In this document: one piece after another, positions 39,297-51,001 of the stretch
Position numbering within the stretch: the stretch's first letter is position 1
How the letters are laid out: the number at the start of each line of letters is the position of its first letter
Source: Chara braunii
Lineage: Eukaryota; Plantae; Charophyceae
Reading direction: 5' to 3'
DNA length: 52,855 nt
Assembly (NCBI GenBank): GCA_003427395.1
Contig: BFEA01000015.1
Location: 2,518,846-2,571,700 of the forward strand
Position numbers and translations under genes: made by a program
The notes under the pieces: model-generated
Told to the model about the DNA's origin: nothing
Databases searched by the model: none
What the model saw: the letters and a program-made list of their open reading frames with translations, nothing else

Positions 39297-41405
39297 CCCT
39301 CGTTTGTTTGGTAAATAATGCTTTCATGTCTTCAAGGAAGGCTAATATTTTTTTTATATTTATGTTCAATGTATAAGAATTTTATAACTATGAACTTAAC
39401 ACATAAATAGTAGTTTATTTGGCAGTGTTATTCTTTTATAATTTATGACGTTCTTTTATCAGCTCAACCAACATAGTATGCACACTCTTATTTTCGTTCA
39501 TCGACACAGCCAATCACTACTCAATCACTCTTATTTGCTCCGTGAATTTAAGATACGCAAAAAAAAAAAAAAAAAAAAAAAAAGTTACAAATTGAGGGTT
39601 TTTAAATTAAAGGTGCTATTTTAAAACAAAAAATAATTTTGCCAAATATAACATTATTAAAAAATTAAAGATGTTATTTATAAAAAAAAACTAGTTGTAT
39701 CAAAAATAATATCATTCAAAAATTAAAAACATCCGACTTTTATACAAAATTATAAATTTAATAAAAAAAAAATATGTGAACTTGTATAGTAATACTCAAG
39801 ATCTCAAATGAAAAAAATTGTATACATATTTTTTTGAATTTCAATTTTTACAACATCCTAAGTTTTTTTTTATTTCGTTTAATCGATATGGACTTCAAAT
39901 CAGATTACTATTATTAGTTAATGATTTAGTTATTATTTTTTTAGTATATGAAACAAGAGAATGTGCAGCAATTGGGGGATCTATATTTTTCTTTGAGTTC
40001 TAAATTGGTATTGTGCGGCTTTAGGAATATATATTTTTTTCTTTCAATTTTGAATATTTAATATTATATAACACTTAAATATATTTGAGTTCGTAAATGA
40101 TATTATAACACTTTTGACATAATTAGTTTATTTTCTGAAATTACATTTGTAGTTTATATGACTTTTATTTTTATATAGTTATTTTTGTACATTATTTTGT
40201 ACATTTTATCTTATCGTTATTATATATTTTTAAGTTACAATGGTAACATGTTATATTGTATAGGTCAACTTCATTTTTTTTAATTTTTGCAACGTTTATA
40301 TGTTTTCAATTTTATATGGAAGAAACAAATACCTTATTAGAGAGGACATAACGCAAAACTTACCTCTTTTTATTTTTTATGTCAAGTGGTAAAATATTGA
40401 TCAGACTGTAGCAAGACAAATGTAACAAAAAGTCTAAATTTTATTCAAATAAAAGTCATTAAAAGTACCTTCAATGCGTAAAACAAATGACATAAGAAGC
40501 ATACATTTTATTTAGATAAGAACCACTAAAAATCTTTACCGGATAAAATATTAATTACAGATGACAATACGAAAGTAGGAAATATGATTTTTATGATTGA
40601 GATTGATGCAATCTTTGGTACCCAAATGGAACGTTATATTGAAAAACGTTTTGATGTACCTTTTGCAATATATATATTTTTAACAGTTTTAATGACACAT
40701 CCGTTACTTGAGGTCTTTTTAGGTCATGATACTAAAGAAGTATATAACTAAATCATTCTTTAATAATAGTAATCTTACTTGGAGTGCACATAGATTGCAA
40801 AAACAAAAACAAAAACAGGTTTTGTAAGAAGTAAAATTCTAATAAATATATATACGACCTTGAATAGTAGTATACAACTTCACATACTATTGTTTTTTCT
40901 TTAATATTATGTCCATAATTATGTATAACACTCAAATGTTTTTGGATTTTTGAATGATATTTATATTTTTCATAATTATTTTTATTTCAAAATAATATTT
41001 TTTAAATAATTTTGAATAATGTTATATTTCGCAGAGTTGTTTTTTATTTTGAAATAATACATTTAATTTAAAAACCTTCAATTTCTACTGAATAATTATT
41101 TTTTTTTATTATTGTTATTTATGTTTTTGTTATTATTGTTCTATATCTCCAGTTCATGTAGAAAATAAGGTCGACCGAAGAGCGATTGGTTGTGTCGATG
41201 AAGGGAAATAAGAGTGTGCATACTATGTTGTCTGAACTGATAAAATAAAATAATAAACTCTAAATGAATAAAAATGCCAAATAAAGTCATACGCATATAT
41301 TGAGTATAGAGTTGAAATAAAACCGTATACAGAGAACCTAAATATAAGAAAAACATTCGTCTTCGTTAAAGAAATGAAAGTAATATTTGCAAAGCAAATA
41401 AGACA
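39297..41405. mobile_element. AT-rich foldback element with ~550-bp imperfect terminal inverted repeats (Mutator/Foldback-like)
   Basis: CAACATAGTATGCACACTCTTATTT..TTCATCGACACARCCAATC at ~39470-39516 is inverted at ~41184-41230. Further inverted matches occur at 39301/41400, 39590/41080 and 39775/40870. Confidence 0.8.
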
Positions 41406-41619
41406 ATATGTGTCAGTACAAGGAGAGGAGCTAAAAAATACTTAAAATTTTTTTATAAGTATTCCCACAAAGTTGATGAAATGAGAAGGTTTCAAGTAAA
41501 AACAAATCTTTACTTATAAGAAGAAAAAAAAACGGAGAATGTAGTTTAAGTGCATACTTTGCTGCTGAATTAGAGGGAAGCAAAACATATTGATGAAGAA
41601 CTAAAAAATGACCTATTAA

Positions 41620-42375
41620 ACCACTAGTACCTCTCCCAGTGTTGAAAAATTACGAGGTTTTGCCAGTTTCTGAAGAAATCAGGGGTGAGAGACAGTGTCG
41701 GCAATGTCCCATAAATCTGAATTTTATAGTGTCGCGAGAGAAAAGAAAAAAAAAAAAAAATGCTTTCTCTACTACAATGATATCGGGAAGGGTAGTCGAG
41801 GAGGCCGTGCTAACAATGTTCCTCCACAGAATGCACCTTACAGGTAAGGCAGTCAGATGTTACTGTTTTCTTTTTTTTCTTGGTCGTGTGTTTCTTATGA
41901 GCCCCCTCTCTGTGAATAGCTCAAGCTGTCTGTGATCTGCTTTAAACTGTGTTTTCTCATAAAATTGTAAGGCTCATCACACTGACACTTGGGGGATTGT
42001 ATCCAGTCATTTTCACGACCGGACTCATGTGCCCATTTTTTTTCCCTTCTATTTTTTTTTTGGAATCTGACAATCTGATCACGGGGCTGAGATGCCCTCA
42101 TTGAGGGCACACTCACACTACCACTTCCAAGAATGTACAGAACTGCAATCACGATCAAAGCTTTGTTTTTTTTTTTTTTTTTTTTTTCTGAGGTCCACGA
42201 CCGTAATTTTTTTTTTCCCCTTTTTTTTTTTTTCGTGAAAGTACCAGAAAAAAAACGGAGTGGTACCCAAGCTTGATAAACTCCAAAACTGTTTCAAAAA
42301 GTATCTTATTTAGAATTTCAAAAGAGCGCAGTGAAATTCAATGTCGGTAAAAACAGACTCGGAGGTACTAGTGGT
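41620..42375. mobile_element. Non-autonomous TTAA-target DNA transposon, copy 2
   Basis: Perfect 14-bp TIR ACCACTAGTACCTC / GAGGTACTAGTGGT with TTAA on both sides. Shares AGAGCGCAGTGAAATTCA...AAAAACAGACTCGGAGG and GAGATGCCCTCA with copy 1. Confidence 0.88.
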
Positions 42376-45037
42376 TTAAATATATTTAAGATCCCAAACA
42401 ATATTGTATGGTTTCAATATAATCGTTTTTTTTATTCTTTTGTAATCATTCAATTAAAAAAAAAACCTTTTATTTAACATTTTTTTTCGTCGTTGTATGT
42501 TTTTTTGTTACCATTATTAATCTTTAATTGACGGTGCTAAGACCTTCAAGGCGACTGGACCTCAAGCGTTTCGCTTGGGATCTAATCAATATTTCGTGCC
42601 TCAAAACTCAGATTTGATTTATCAAAGTGTAGGTACTTAACCTTAAAACAATGCTTGTAAATCGAGTAAGTAATTTTGGATTAGTTTTTTGTATTATGGG
42701 TTGTTTTGCTATTTTTCAAACAGTGGACTTTTCGATATATTCTCGGGGCGTTCGTCACAACTTTCTCTGGTCATCCGAAAGAAACCTGTTTTTTTGTAAA
42801 CCAACCTGCATAACTTAGTAGTTCAACATATTCTACTTAATTACACTCTTCCTTGGAGAGAAGACAACCACTTTTACTGCCTTTTATGTGATGATCATCT
42901 GAATTGTTTTTTTTTTCCTCTTTCATTTTCAATACTTTTTTCTTTTTTTAGTCCGATCATCCCATTTCACAAAGTTTTTTTATTCTCTGTCTCTTTACGA
43001 TCGAATGTATAAAAATACGAAGCAAAATAATGACTGGTTTACTTCCGGTCTTGGTAAATATTGATTAGCGTTAATCAAAATGAACATATGCAACTACCGT
43101 AATTTCCCAAGGCAAGCCTAATGAGATGTTGTGGAAATACAAATCGATTATTAACGTGTTAATTAGTACGAGCACTCAGCCAATCTTGATCGTCACACAT
43201 TTTCCAGCCTCATTTTCTATAATTCGATTATATTCATTATTTCCTCATTCGTTGAGATATAATTATTTTACCAAAAAAATGAAAGATTGACTTTTACCAT
43301 TTTTTTTTCTTTTTTCAGGATGCATTGAGTGAGAAAGCTATAACTGATAATCCGGTATGACTCGGAGAATTAAATGATTTTCCGAAAACTTTACAACCAC
43401 ATTTCACATTATTTCACATAATGGGTCGGACATATATAAAATGTCATTTTTTGCAAGAGAAATCATAGCTACACACACAACATCAAGGACGATTGCTTGA
43501 ACGGATTGATAAGGAAGTGAGACCGAAGGAAGAGGATAACTCGATGGTCCGACAGTGAACTCCTTCAATTTTTTTTTTTCCAACATCCATTGGATTCGTT
43601 GTTATATGAGTCGTTTTAGATTTTTTAGAAAGTATTGTAGCAACTTATTATTTGCAACCTCAAATGTCGTGAGGAGAGGACCAACAAGGATCACAATTTG
43701 GATGTCAGACTTTTTTAGCATCTACTACAAGACATCGATCTCACCGATCTTAAGTTGTGGTTTTGGTTTTGAATCACGCACTACTTATTTTCGATCATCG
43801 ACTTTTTCGTTCAGTCGAATAACGCCTATCAATCCTACCAAAGAAAGATATTCAACAGGATCAACACACCAGTCGTCTCATAAGAAGCGTCTTACGTGGA
43901 TAATATCTGATATGTAGGTACTACTGAGAGAGCTAGGAGCACCCTGTGTAATTTAAATAAAATAAAAAAGGCAGATTTTCAAATATGATTTTTCGTTTCC
44001 ACCAAAAAGAGCGACTATTCGTTCTTGATTAGTATACAACGGGAGCCCGCTGGCAGGGTTTGCTGCTACTTTGAAAATGGGCGTTCTCCGATTTCAAGTT
44101 GCTTGCAGTTGTAACACGGTATTGAAGCAGTTGCAACAAAAGTGGCAGGAATCATGGTCACAAAAGCGAGAGTTGGCATAGAGGCCCGACAAATGAAGCT
44201 GGAGGGGTAAGAAGTTGTGGGTACTAGGAATACGTGACGATCCGAGGGGAACGAGCTACATTTTGAGAAGCCTTATGTGTTAGAACATAACGAAAAATGT
44301 GCTCTGTTGTAATATAGATTATTTGTCCAAAATGTGCGTTAGTAACATTAAGCGTTCATATGTTTGTTGTCAGTTACTATATAAATAAAGCGATAGGTGC
44401 AAGTATTGGTGCGACAAGAGAAGGAAGAGAACGTGGTGTCGGGGCAAATACCCTGACAAGGGTATTTGTTGGGGTTTTTCAACATCAGACGCCGTCTGAC
44501 TTTTCTGTTGGATTAAAGGACTTGCGGAGACTGACATTTGTTAAAAGTTATTCATACTAAGCCTATGGCCGAGAGACTAAAACTTTTAGAAACTTAGTCC
44601 GGACACCTGCGACGTCCGAGAGTAATGATAGTATTCGGTAGTTTCTAGCAAGAGCAGGAAGGCGCGTATGTGTGAACGTTAAAATTAAGCATATTCTACC
44701 TAAAATAATGTTGCGCGGCCGTTAAGCCGCACGATTCAGGGCCTAGGTAGGCTACAAAGAACGATCGCGCCTGACGTGAGGCCGTAGAGCAGCAGGAATA
44801 TGAAGTTTTTTTATTTCCCGCTCCTCGGGGATTGACCTCTAGCCAAGGGGGGGCCCACAGGCCGATGCTGAGGCCTACCCGGTTAGGTGGCCAACCAAGC
44901 CGAGGTCACGCGGGCAACTGGCGGGGCGATGGCCCGCAAGCGAGGCCTCAGGCAGGCAGGGCATGCAAGGCCTCGGCAGGGGAGATAGTGACTGGCAAGC
45001 TCTTCATATACAAGAGCTGCTCATATCATTGTCGTGA

Positions 45038-45110
45038 TAGGAGCTAGCCCAGTAGGTTACAGCAGTCGAATCTCACCTGACAGATACCAGGATCGAAACG
45101 CACGCGCCCC
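45038..45110 (+). promoter_or_regulatory. tRNA-derived head with Pol III A and B boxes
   Basis: A-box TAGCCCAGTAGG at 45045-45056 and B-box GGATCGAAAC at 45090-45099 (initiator-tRNA-like T loop), at tRNA spacing. A partial anticodon stem (GTC..GAC) lies between them. Confidence 0.6.
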
Positions 45111-45219
45111 ATTAGGCTAGCTCCTTTTGGAGTGGTCATGGGAGAAAGCCGCTCGACGCGGCCGTTTTCAGCCGTGCGATCTGTGAAATCGCACGGTTGA
45201 AAACAGTCGCGAGCATCAG

Positions 45220-45267
45220 GATTAGCATGACCCCTGCGCAAGGATGACACGCATAAATCGAGAAATG
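45220..45267 (+). pseudogene. U6: 3' half of U6 snRNA (AGC triad, internal stem-loop, 3' region) followed by a T-run; lacks the 5' hairpin and ACAGAGA box
   Basis: GATTAGCATGACCCCTGCGCAAGGATGACACGCATAAATCGAGAAATG is nearly identical to plant U6 and to the copy at 19536-19641. Confidence 0.9.
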
Positions 45268-48200
45268 ACTGACAATTTTTTTCTTTTGTTTAGGAAAAAA
45301 AAAAAGTCCATGAGGACTTGAACTCGGGTCTGTATTTCAACAAGTCGTGTGTAGGCCACGACAGGAAGGGACTGTTGGCTTTGCAAACGGACAAATAAAA
45401 AAAAGAAAAAAACTAAAAACTCAAACTGATGCGAAAGGAAAGCGCTACCCGGCGCCGTTGGAAGTGCATGGTGCACTTCAAGATCAGAGGACGTGACAGT
45501 GCCCGTGAAAACGGGCGACTGTTTTGATCACCAGGAAAGTTTTTAAGTATTCTGTTTTTTTAATTTCTTCGTTAAGCTCTATTTTATATTTCCTTAGTTT
45601 TATTTCTTCTTTTTAAATTTGTTAGATTTAGTTAGTACTATCACAATAGCGCCCGTTCGTTTTGATGAACGGGCTGCTATTGTCAGCTGATGAGTAAATG
45701 AAAATGGGCTCCGACGAATGAATCTACCGCGTGTATGCGGTTTTGTTCGGTTGCTGGTTTTGGGACCATGTGCTTGAGTTACGAGGGACTCTCTGCACGG
45801 TCGCGACCGTCGGTTGAGAGAGAGAGAGAGAGAGAGAAGAAAAGATTATCAACAGTCGCGCGCCTGTATCAGGCGCCTATGCAGCCCAGATACAGACGCA
45901 GGCAGGGGGAGGCAAAGACCCTGTGGGCTAGAATCTAGTTCGACTCTGTGAAATGACTTTGGGGGGGGGAGGAGAGGCTGCTCGTTTCGAAAAAACGAGT
46001 TGCCCCTCCCATAGGAAAACGAAAAGGTAGTAAGTGAAAGTAAAGGGAAAAAAAAAGAGGAAAAAAAAAAAAAGGTAACGGCCGCGTATATGGCCGCGGT
46101 CGTGGAACAGGTGCAACCCCTAGAAGGTTCTAGGGGCTGATGGGACTGCATCTGTTCAGTTGAACAGGCTGCAGGGAATGGCTGTACCTATGAGCACCTT
46201 GCCTGAAAAAATGGCCAGGTGAACTGGTGGAGGTGCTGGAGTGGAGAGTGGGGATCTGCAGTCGGCGCGGAAGTGGAGGCAGCCATAACCACCACTTCAC
46301 TTTGTGAAGTGTTGGGGAGGTGTTGCGCGACCATTATAGCGTTGGTAGCAGTTATTGGAGAGGTGGTGGGAAGGTGTTGTTCGTTGAACGCGGCGTCAGC
46401 GGCCGTTTTCTATAAGGTGTAGCGGTTACGTTGCACGCAACAACTATAATTGGAGAAGTGTTGGGGAGATGCTGCGTGGCTTTTGCGGTGATGACAGTTT
46501 TTTGCTAATGTACTGCGGGAACGCAGCCAAATGTTTTCGGCGGCGGCTATGAATTTTTTTTGGGAGTGACACGTGAGCGCTCCCGAATTTTTTCGGCGGC
46601 AAATGTGAATTTTTTTGGCAGTGTCGAGGAAGCGCTGCCGGATTTTTGCGGCAGCGGCACTGGTTTTGACGACAGTGGTGCGGAGGTGCTGCCGAACTGA
46701 CGGCATGGCGGCATCAAGGTCTCCCTGAAGGGAGGGGCTGACCATTTGGCGGCACGACAATGGCAATTTTTTTTGTAAGGTTACGCTACCAAAATTTTGG
46801 CACAACAGCGACAGTTCCGTTTTTTGTGGTACACGACAGTTATGATGGATCCCAGAGCGGCCTAGAGGTTTAACTTGTGCTGGTGCACGTTTGGGATTGT
46901 GCAGTAGCGGTGCGTGGACCGGTGGCGTGAAGATGGAACGGAATGAGTGCACGTGGCACTGGCTATTCGAGTTGCAGTGCTTGCGGTTTTTGCCAGAAGG
47001 ATATCTTTATTTTTTTTGGGGCTCGCGGCACAAGCGGTTTTCAGCTTGAATGACCTTTTTTTTTTTTGCGGCGCGCGGAGCAAGCGGTTTTGAGTTCAAA
47101 ACTACACAGTATTGCAGCAGTGGTGTGGGACTGCATTGGGACCACTCAGGACCATTTTGGGACTAGGTGGGACTGACTGTTGTGATCGGGACCGGCATGT
47201 TGGTGGGGGTATTGTGAGCGGACATGGTGATAGGAGGCGGTGTGAACTTGCGGTTGGTTAGGAGGTATCCTTGGTAGTGAAGGTGCAGTGAGGACTGCGT
47301 TGGGACTGTCCGGGATGTTGGGACGACGTGGGTTTGGATCATGGGAGCACCCTCTTTGAGGGTTATCTCATTCAGATGTCCTAGTGGACCCAATCTTGGT
47401 GTGATCAGACACTTGGAGAAAGACGCGGACGGTCATGTAGGAGAAAGGCCACAACTTACGAGTTGTGTGCTGCATATTTTTCTATGGCGGTCATTTTCTT
47501 ATGATTGGAATATTACCCGACTTTCTTGAGTGGGTCGGACTAAGCTTCACTCAAGGTCGGTTGAATGACTCAGGCTTTCCTTCACAACTGTGTGAACCCA
47601 CACTTTGCTTGACTCTGTTGTTTTGAACGTTCGAAAGAAAAGGTAGAGAAAGTTGTGCGAGTCATGCATCTGAATGGGAAGGTCTGACGTGATTCTGGGA
47701 TTGTACTGTTTTCTTTTGAACTTGTTTTCTATGCATGTTGTGCAGATAGGTAGAAGGATGCGTGCAAAGGAAATTGATTATGCCTATTTGAGATTAAAAA
47801 AAAGGATTATTCTCTTTCTACCTTCCACCTGCCTGCTTATGAAAGTGAAAATTGTTGTTTTGAAAAAGATAAGTTCAGTGATGGAAGTTTGGTAGGGTGA
47901 CTGATTCCTTTGAAGGAGGGTTGTTGCTGCGGGTTAGGAGGTCGTCAGAGGGTTGAACTTGACAATTTATCTTCAAAGTTGATCGAGCTGTTGCTGCTTG
48001 GCTACCATTGCGGGACCCTCAGACGATCAGAGATTTCGAGGCCCTCTCCTGAGAGTTGAGTCTGTCCCTCTCTTGTATCTCGCGCGTCTGAAACCCCTCC
48101 TTTTATCCTTCTTACTCTAAGTCTAGTCTGGTTCTGAGAGGAAGGCGACAAGCGGGATTGCAACCCGTAAGACCGCATCAAGACTCTGTGGGGAGTCTGC

Positions 48201-48509
48201 CCACCGATTGCGGGAGCTTTGTCGGAACTTAGGAGGAGTTCTGGAGGCAGGGAACCATCAGGTATATTTTTTTCTACGTGTATGAACCACTGTACCCCTG
48301 TTTGACTATCTCCCTTCAGTTTGATTGATTGTATGCATGCGTGTCCCCTATGATTTTGCTTTCTTTCAGGATTAATCAGACCGAATGGAAAAAACATGCG
48401 TGTAAAGTCTAAGTTTCTTCTTTATTTTAACAGAAAGCAGATTAAAGGATGAACTGGGGGAAGGTGAGAGGAAGGCAGTTTGCATGCGATTGACTGGGTC
48501 ATCCAAGGA

Positions 48510-49134
48510 CTGGGCATAGTTTTTAAGTTGAATAACCCAGCGCTATGTTTATTTGACTGTTTTTTTAAGGATCAGACATTGTTTCTAAGCTGAATGGTCT
48601 GGTTGCTATGTTTATTTCTGAGGATTTATCTGATTGAAGGGTTGAATTTTTGTTTTAGTATGAGGGAGGATTTATGGTCTAAGGCTAAGCATCGTTTCTA
48701 AGCTGAATGGTTTCGCCTGAAAACCACGCATTGAAGTTAAACTGAGTATAATAGAAAGTACTTTGCCTATATTTGCATGTGAACTGACAGTTGGACATTG
48801 TTTCTAAGCTAAATGGTCCAACACTAAGCCATATCATTAAGAAGAGAAGAGAAAGTACTGAGTATAATTGGAAGTACTCTGGGCAAGCTGAGCATTGTTT
48901 CTAAGTTGAATAGCTCAGTCCCCTACCCATATTTTTATTTCTTTGTGTGAGAACGAAGTCAGGGAACTATTAAATTTTGGATATTAAACAGTTCAGGGCG
49001 ACTAGGCATTGTTTCTAAGCTGAATGGTCTAGTCATACGCCCAAAGAAGAGAAAAGTAGTTGTGCAAACTGTTCGTGTATATCCTAAAGGCATGCTAGAC
49101 ATTGTTTCTAAGCTCAATGGTCTAGCACCTTGCC
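48510..49134. repeat. Array of seven stem-loops with a conserved 19-nt core ATTGTTTCTAAGCTGAATG and covarying closing stems
   Basis: Cores start at 48516, 48578, 48691, 48797, 48894, 49008 and 49101. Each is flanked by a different pair of complementary arms. Confidence 0.92.
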
Positions 49135-49172
49135 ATATGTAAGTTGGGTATAAGGAACAAATTATCTGAGGG

Positions 49173-49276
49173 TTTCACGAACTATCTTATGAGGATTTTG
49201 ACTTGGGAACTGGTGAGAGTACTTTTTCACGAACTATCTTATGAGGATTTTGACTTGGGAACTGGTGAGAGTACTT
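49173..49276. repeat. Perfect 52-bp tandem duplication
   Basis: TTTCACGAACTATCTTATGAGGATTTTGACTTGGGAACTGGTGAGAGTACTT x2. Confidence 0.95.
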
Positions 49277-49487
49277 ACCTTTGTGGTTTGACGTGCATGT
49301 GGCTGAGTAAGATCACTACTTAGTCTGAGTTTCAGTTTGACAGGTAGTTGCTTTAGTTGCTCGCCACGTGCTAGAGCGATAAGAGTTAGTTTTGAGCTAA
49401 CTTTGTTTTACTTACGTCAATTTTTGCATTTTTTTGGTTCATTCGTTATACTTGGTTTTGTATAAATTTTGGTAAGCTACTTTCTTT

Positions 49488-49790
49488 GCGGGAAGAGTTG
49501 CCGAAATTTCTGCAAATCAAAGGAGTTAGACAAATTTTGACTTTTCAAAGTTCGACTTGTTTAAATTTTATATATGGCTTAGTAGAAATTTGAGAAGTCT
49601 CATTTTCTAAAGGGAGTGCTGCCCAAAATTTAGCTAATTCAGGGAGTGAGACAAAATTTGACTTTGAAAAGTTGAAGACTATTTTTTGTTTTCATATTTA
49701 GGATGATATAAATTTCAAAAAAACACATTTTCTACGGGAAGAGCTGCCGAAATTTTCTTAATTAAAGGAGTTATAATATATTTTGACAGG
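49488..49790. repeat. Three diverged repeats at ~123-bp period
   Basis: GGGA(A)GWGYTGCCSAAAWTT...AGGAGT..GACAAA.TTTGAC at ~49489, 49612 and 49736. Confidence 0.7.
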
Positions 49791-50609
49791 TGACGATTTT
49801 GGAAATCCACCCTGAAAAGGGGAAATTCTGTCATTAGTCTACCTTTCTTTGGGCACTGACTTAGAGGTAGGCTTAGACTTAGTTTGCAGGAGAATTTTTG
49901 GTGAGATCGTGTTATGGAGATTATTCTCCATAGACTTATAGATCTAGTTTGGGGATTGGTTTGTCTTGTGTTACATGTCCTCTTGATCGTTTGATTCAAG
50001 GTCAGGACTAGATTCAGCTTGATCCTACGAGGATCATCTTCTGTTATCACTGATAACAGGTTGGTTGCCGATTCGTCGGTTTACGATTCAACTTCAATCC
50101 ATTCTTGTCACTCAACCTAAGGACTTTAGCCCTGTGGTTTGAATTGTTTTGTTGTGTTTTCGCCCGGACTTTATTTGAATGACCATTTAAAGAAAAGTAC
50201 TGAGTATTTTATTTTGATGAGTTGCACAAGAGTGAGGCTTGCATGGCTAAAGCGAGGGGTGTGAGTGCATAGAATGGTTGAAGTTGACCCCGTGTAGTGC
50301 ATGGACTTCTGGTTGAATCTTTGATGTGATTGCAGGTATGTTTGGTGGTTTGGACTTTGGATTGACCGTCTGCGATTATATATATGGATGAGAGAAATCC
50401 CACTGTGATTGTGAGAAGTGATCATCACATATTTATAACCCTCTATATATGTGATGGACCCGCCGGGATGGCGGTCCGTCAGGATCAAGACGAAGGGATG
50501 AGGATGAGGGAGATGGAGTTGGAGCTGGAAGGGACAGCGCAACTCCAAAGCAGACTCAACACGCACGTACTCCAATCTGTGCAAATGAAGAATGCCACAA
50601 AATAGACTG

Positions 50610-50800
50610 CAGCTGGGGTATACCCCCAGCGGACTGACTGGACTGGACTGGACTGGCCTGGTACCGATAGTGGTACCAGGCAGGACTGGACTGGACTGAA
50701 TAACCGCACGGCCTGTGGGGTCAGGCCATGGCCTNNTCCCACAGGCCGGACTGGCAAATAGCCAAATAGGCCCTGACTGTGGGCCGGGGCAGATGAAGGC
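50610..50800. repeat. GGACT pentamer cluster, probably a DNA-transposon subterminal region
   Basis: GGACTGACTGGACTGGACTGGACTGG (50630-50656) and GGACTGGACTGGACTG (50683-50698). Confidence 0.5.
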
Positions 50801-51001
50801 CCGCTGCACGATCTTCAGACCTAGGATGCGGAGCAAGCTCCATGCAGAGTCCATGCGATGCATCCTAGACTATATAATGTCAAAAGAAAAGCAAATGTCT
50901 GGTATACATATCCTAGCTAACAGCAGAAAATGAAATGTAGTATGATACACTCCTAAAGTCCTGGAGGTAGTGGCCTCAGTGCTGAAAGGAGAAGAGCAAT
51001 A

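Noticed and set aside
42450-44350. Coding-like decayed sequence (ORF 43555-43917)
   Set aside because: No motif could be recognised in the frames I read; left unannotated pending BLASTX.
44770-44797. GTGAGGC..AGAGCAGC resembling SRP RNA helix 8
   Set aside because: The apical stem is too short and no other 7SL features are recognisable.
45680-45725. CTGATGAG...CGAA hammerhead-like motif
   Set aside because: No pairable stem II, GAAT instead of GAAA, and no properly placed stem I/III.
48510-49134. Hairpin array as a CRISPR array or hammerhead ribozymes (minus strand has GAAAC-AAT-GTC)
   Set aside because: The stems vary between repeats, spacers are long and partly related, and no cas genes are present. 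There is no conserved CUGANGA box and GUC is absent from several copies.
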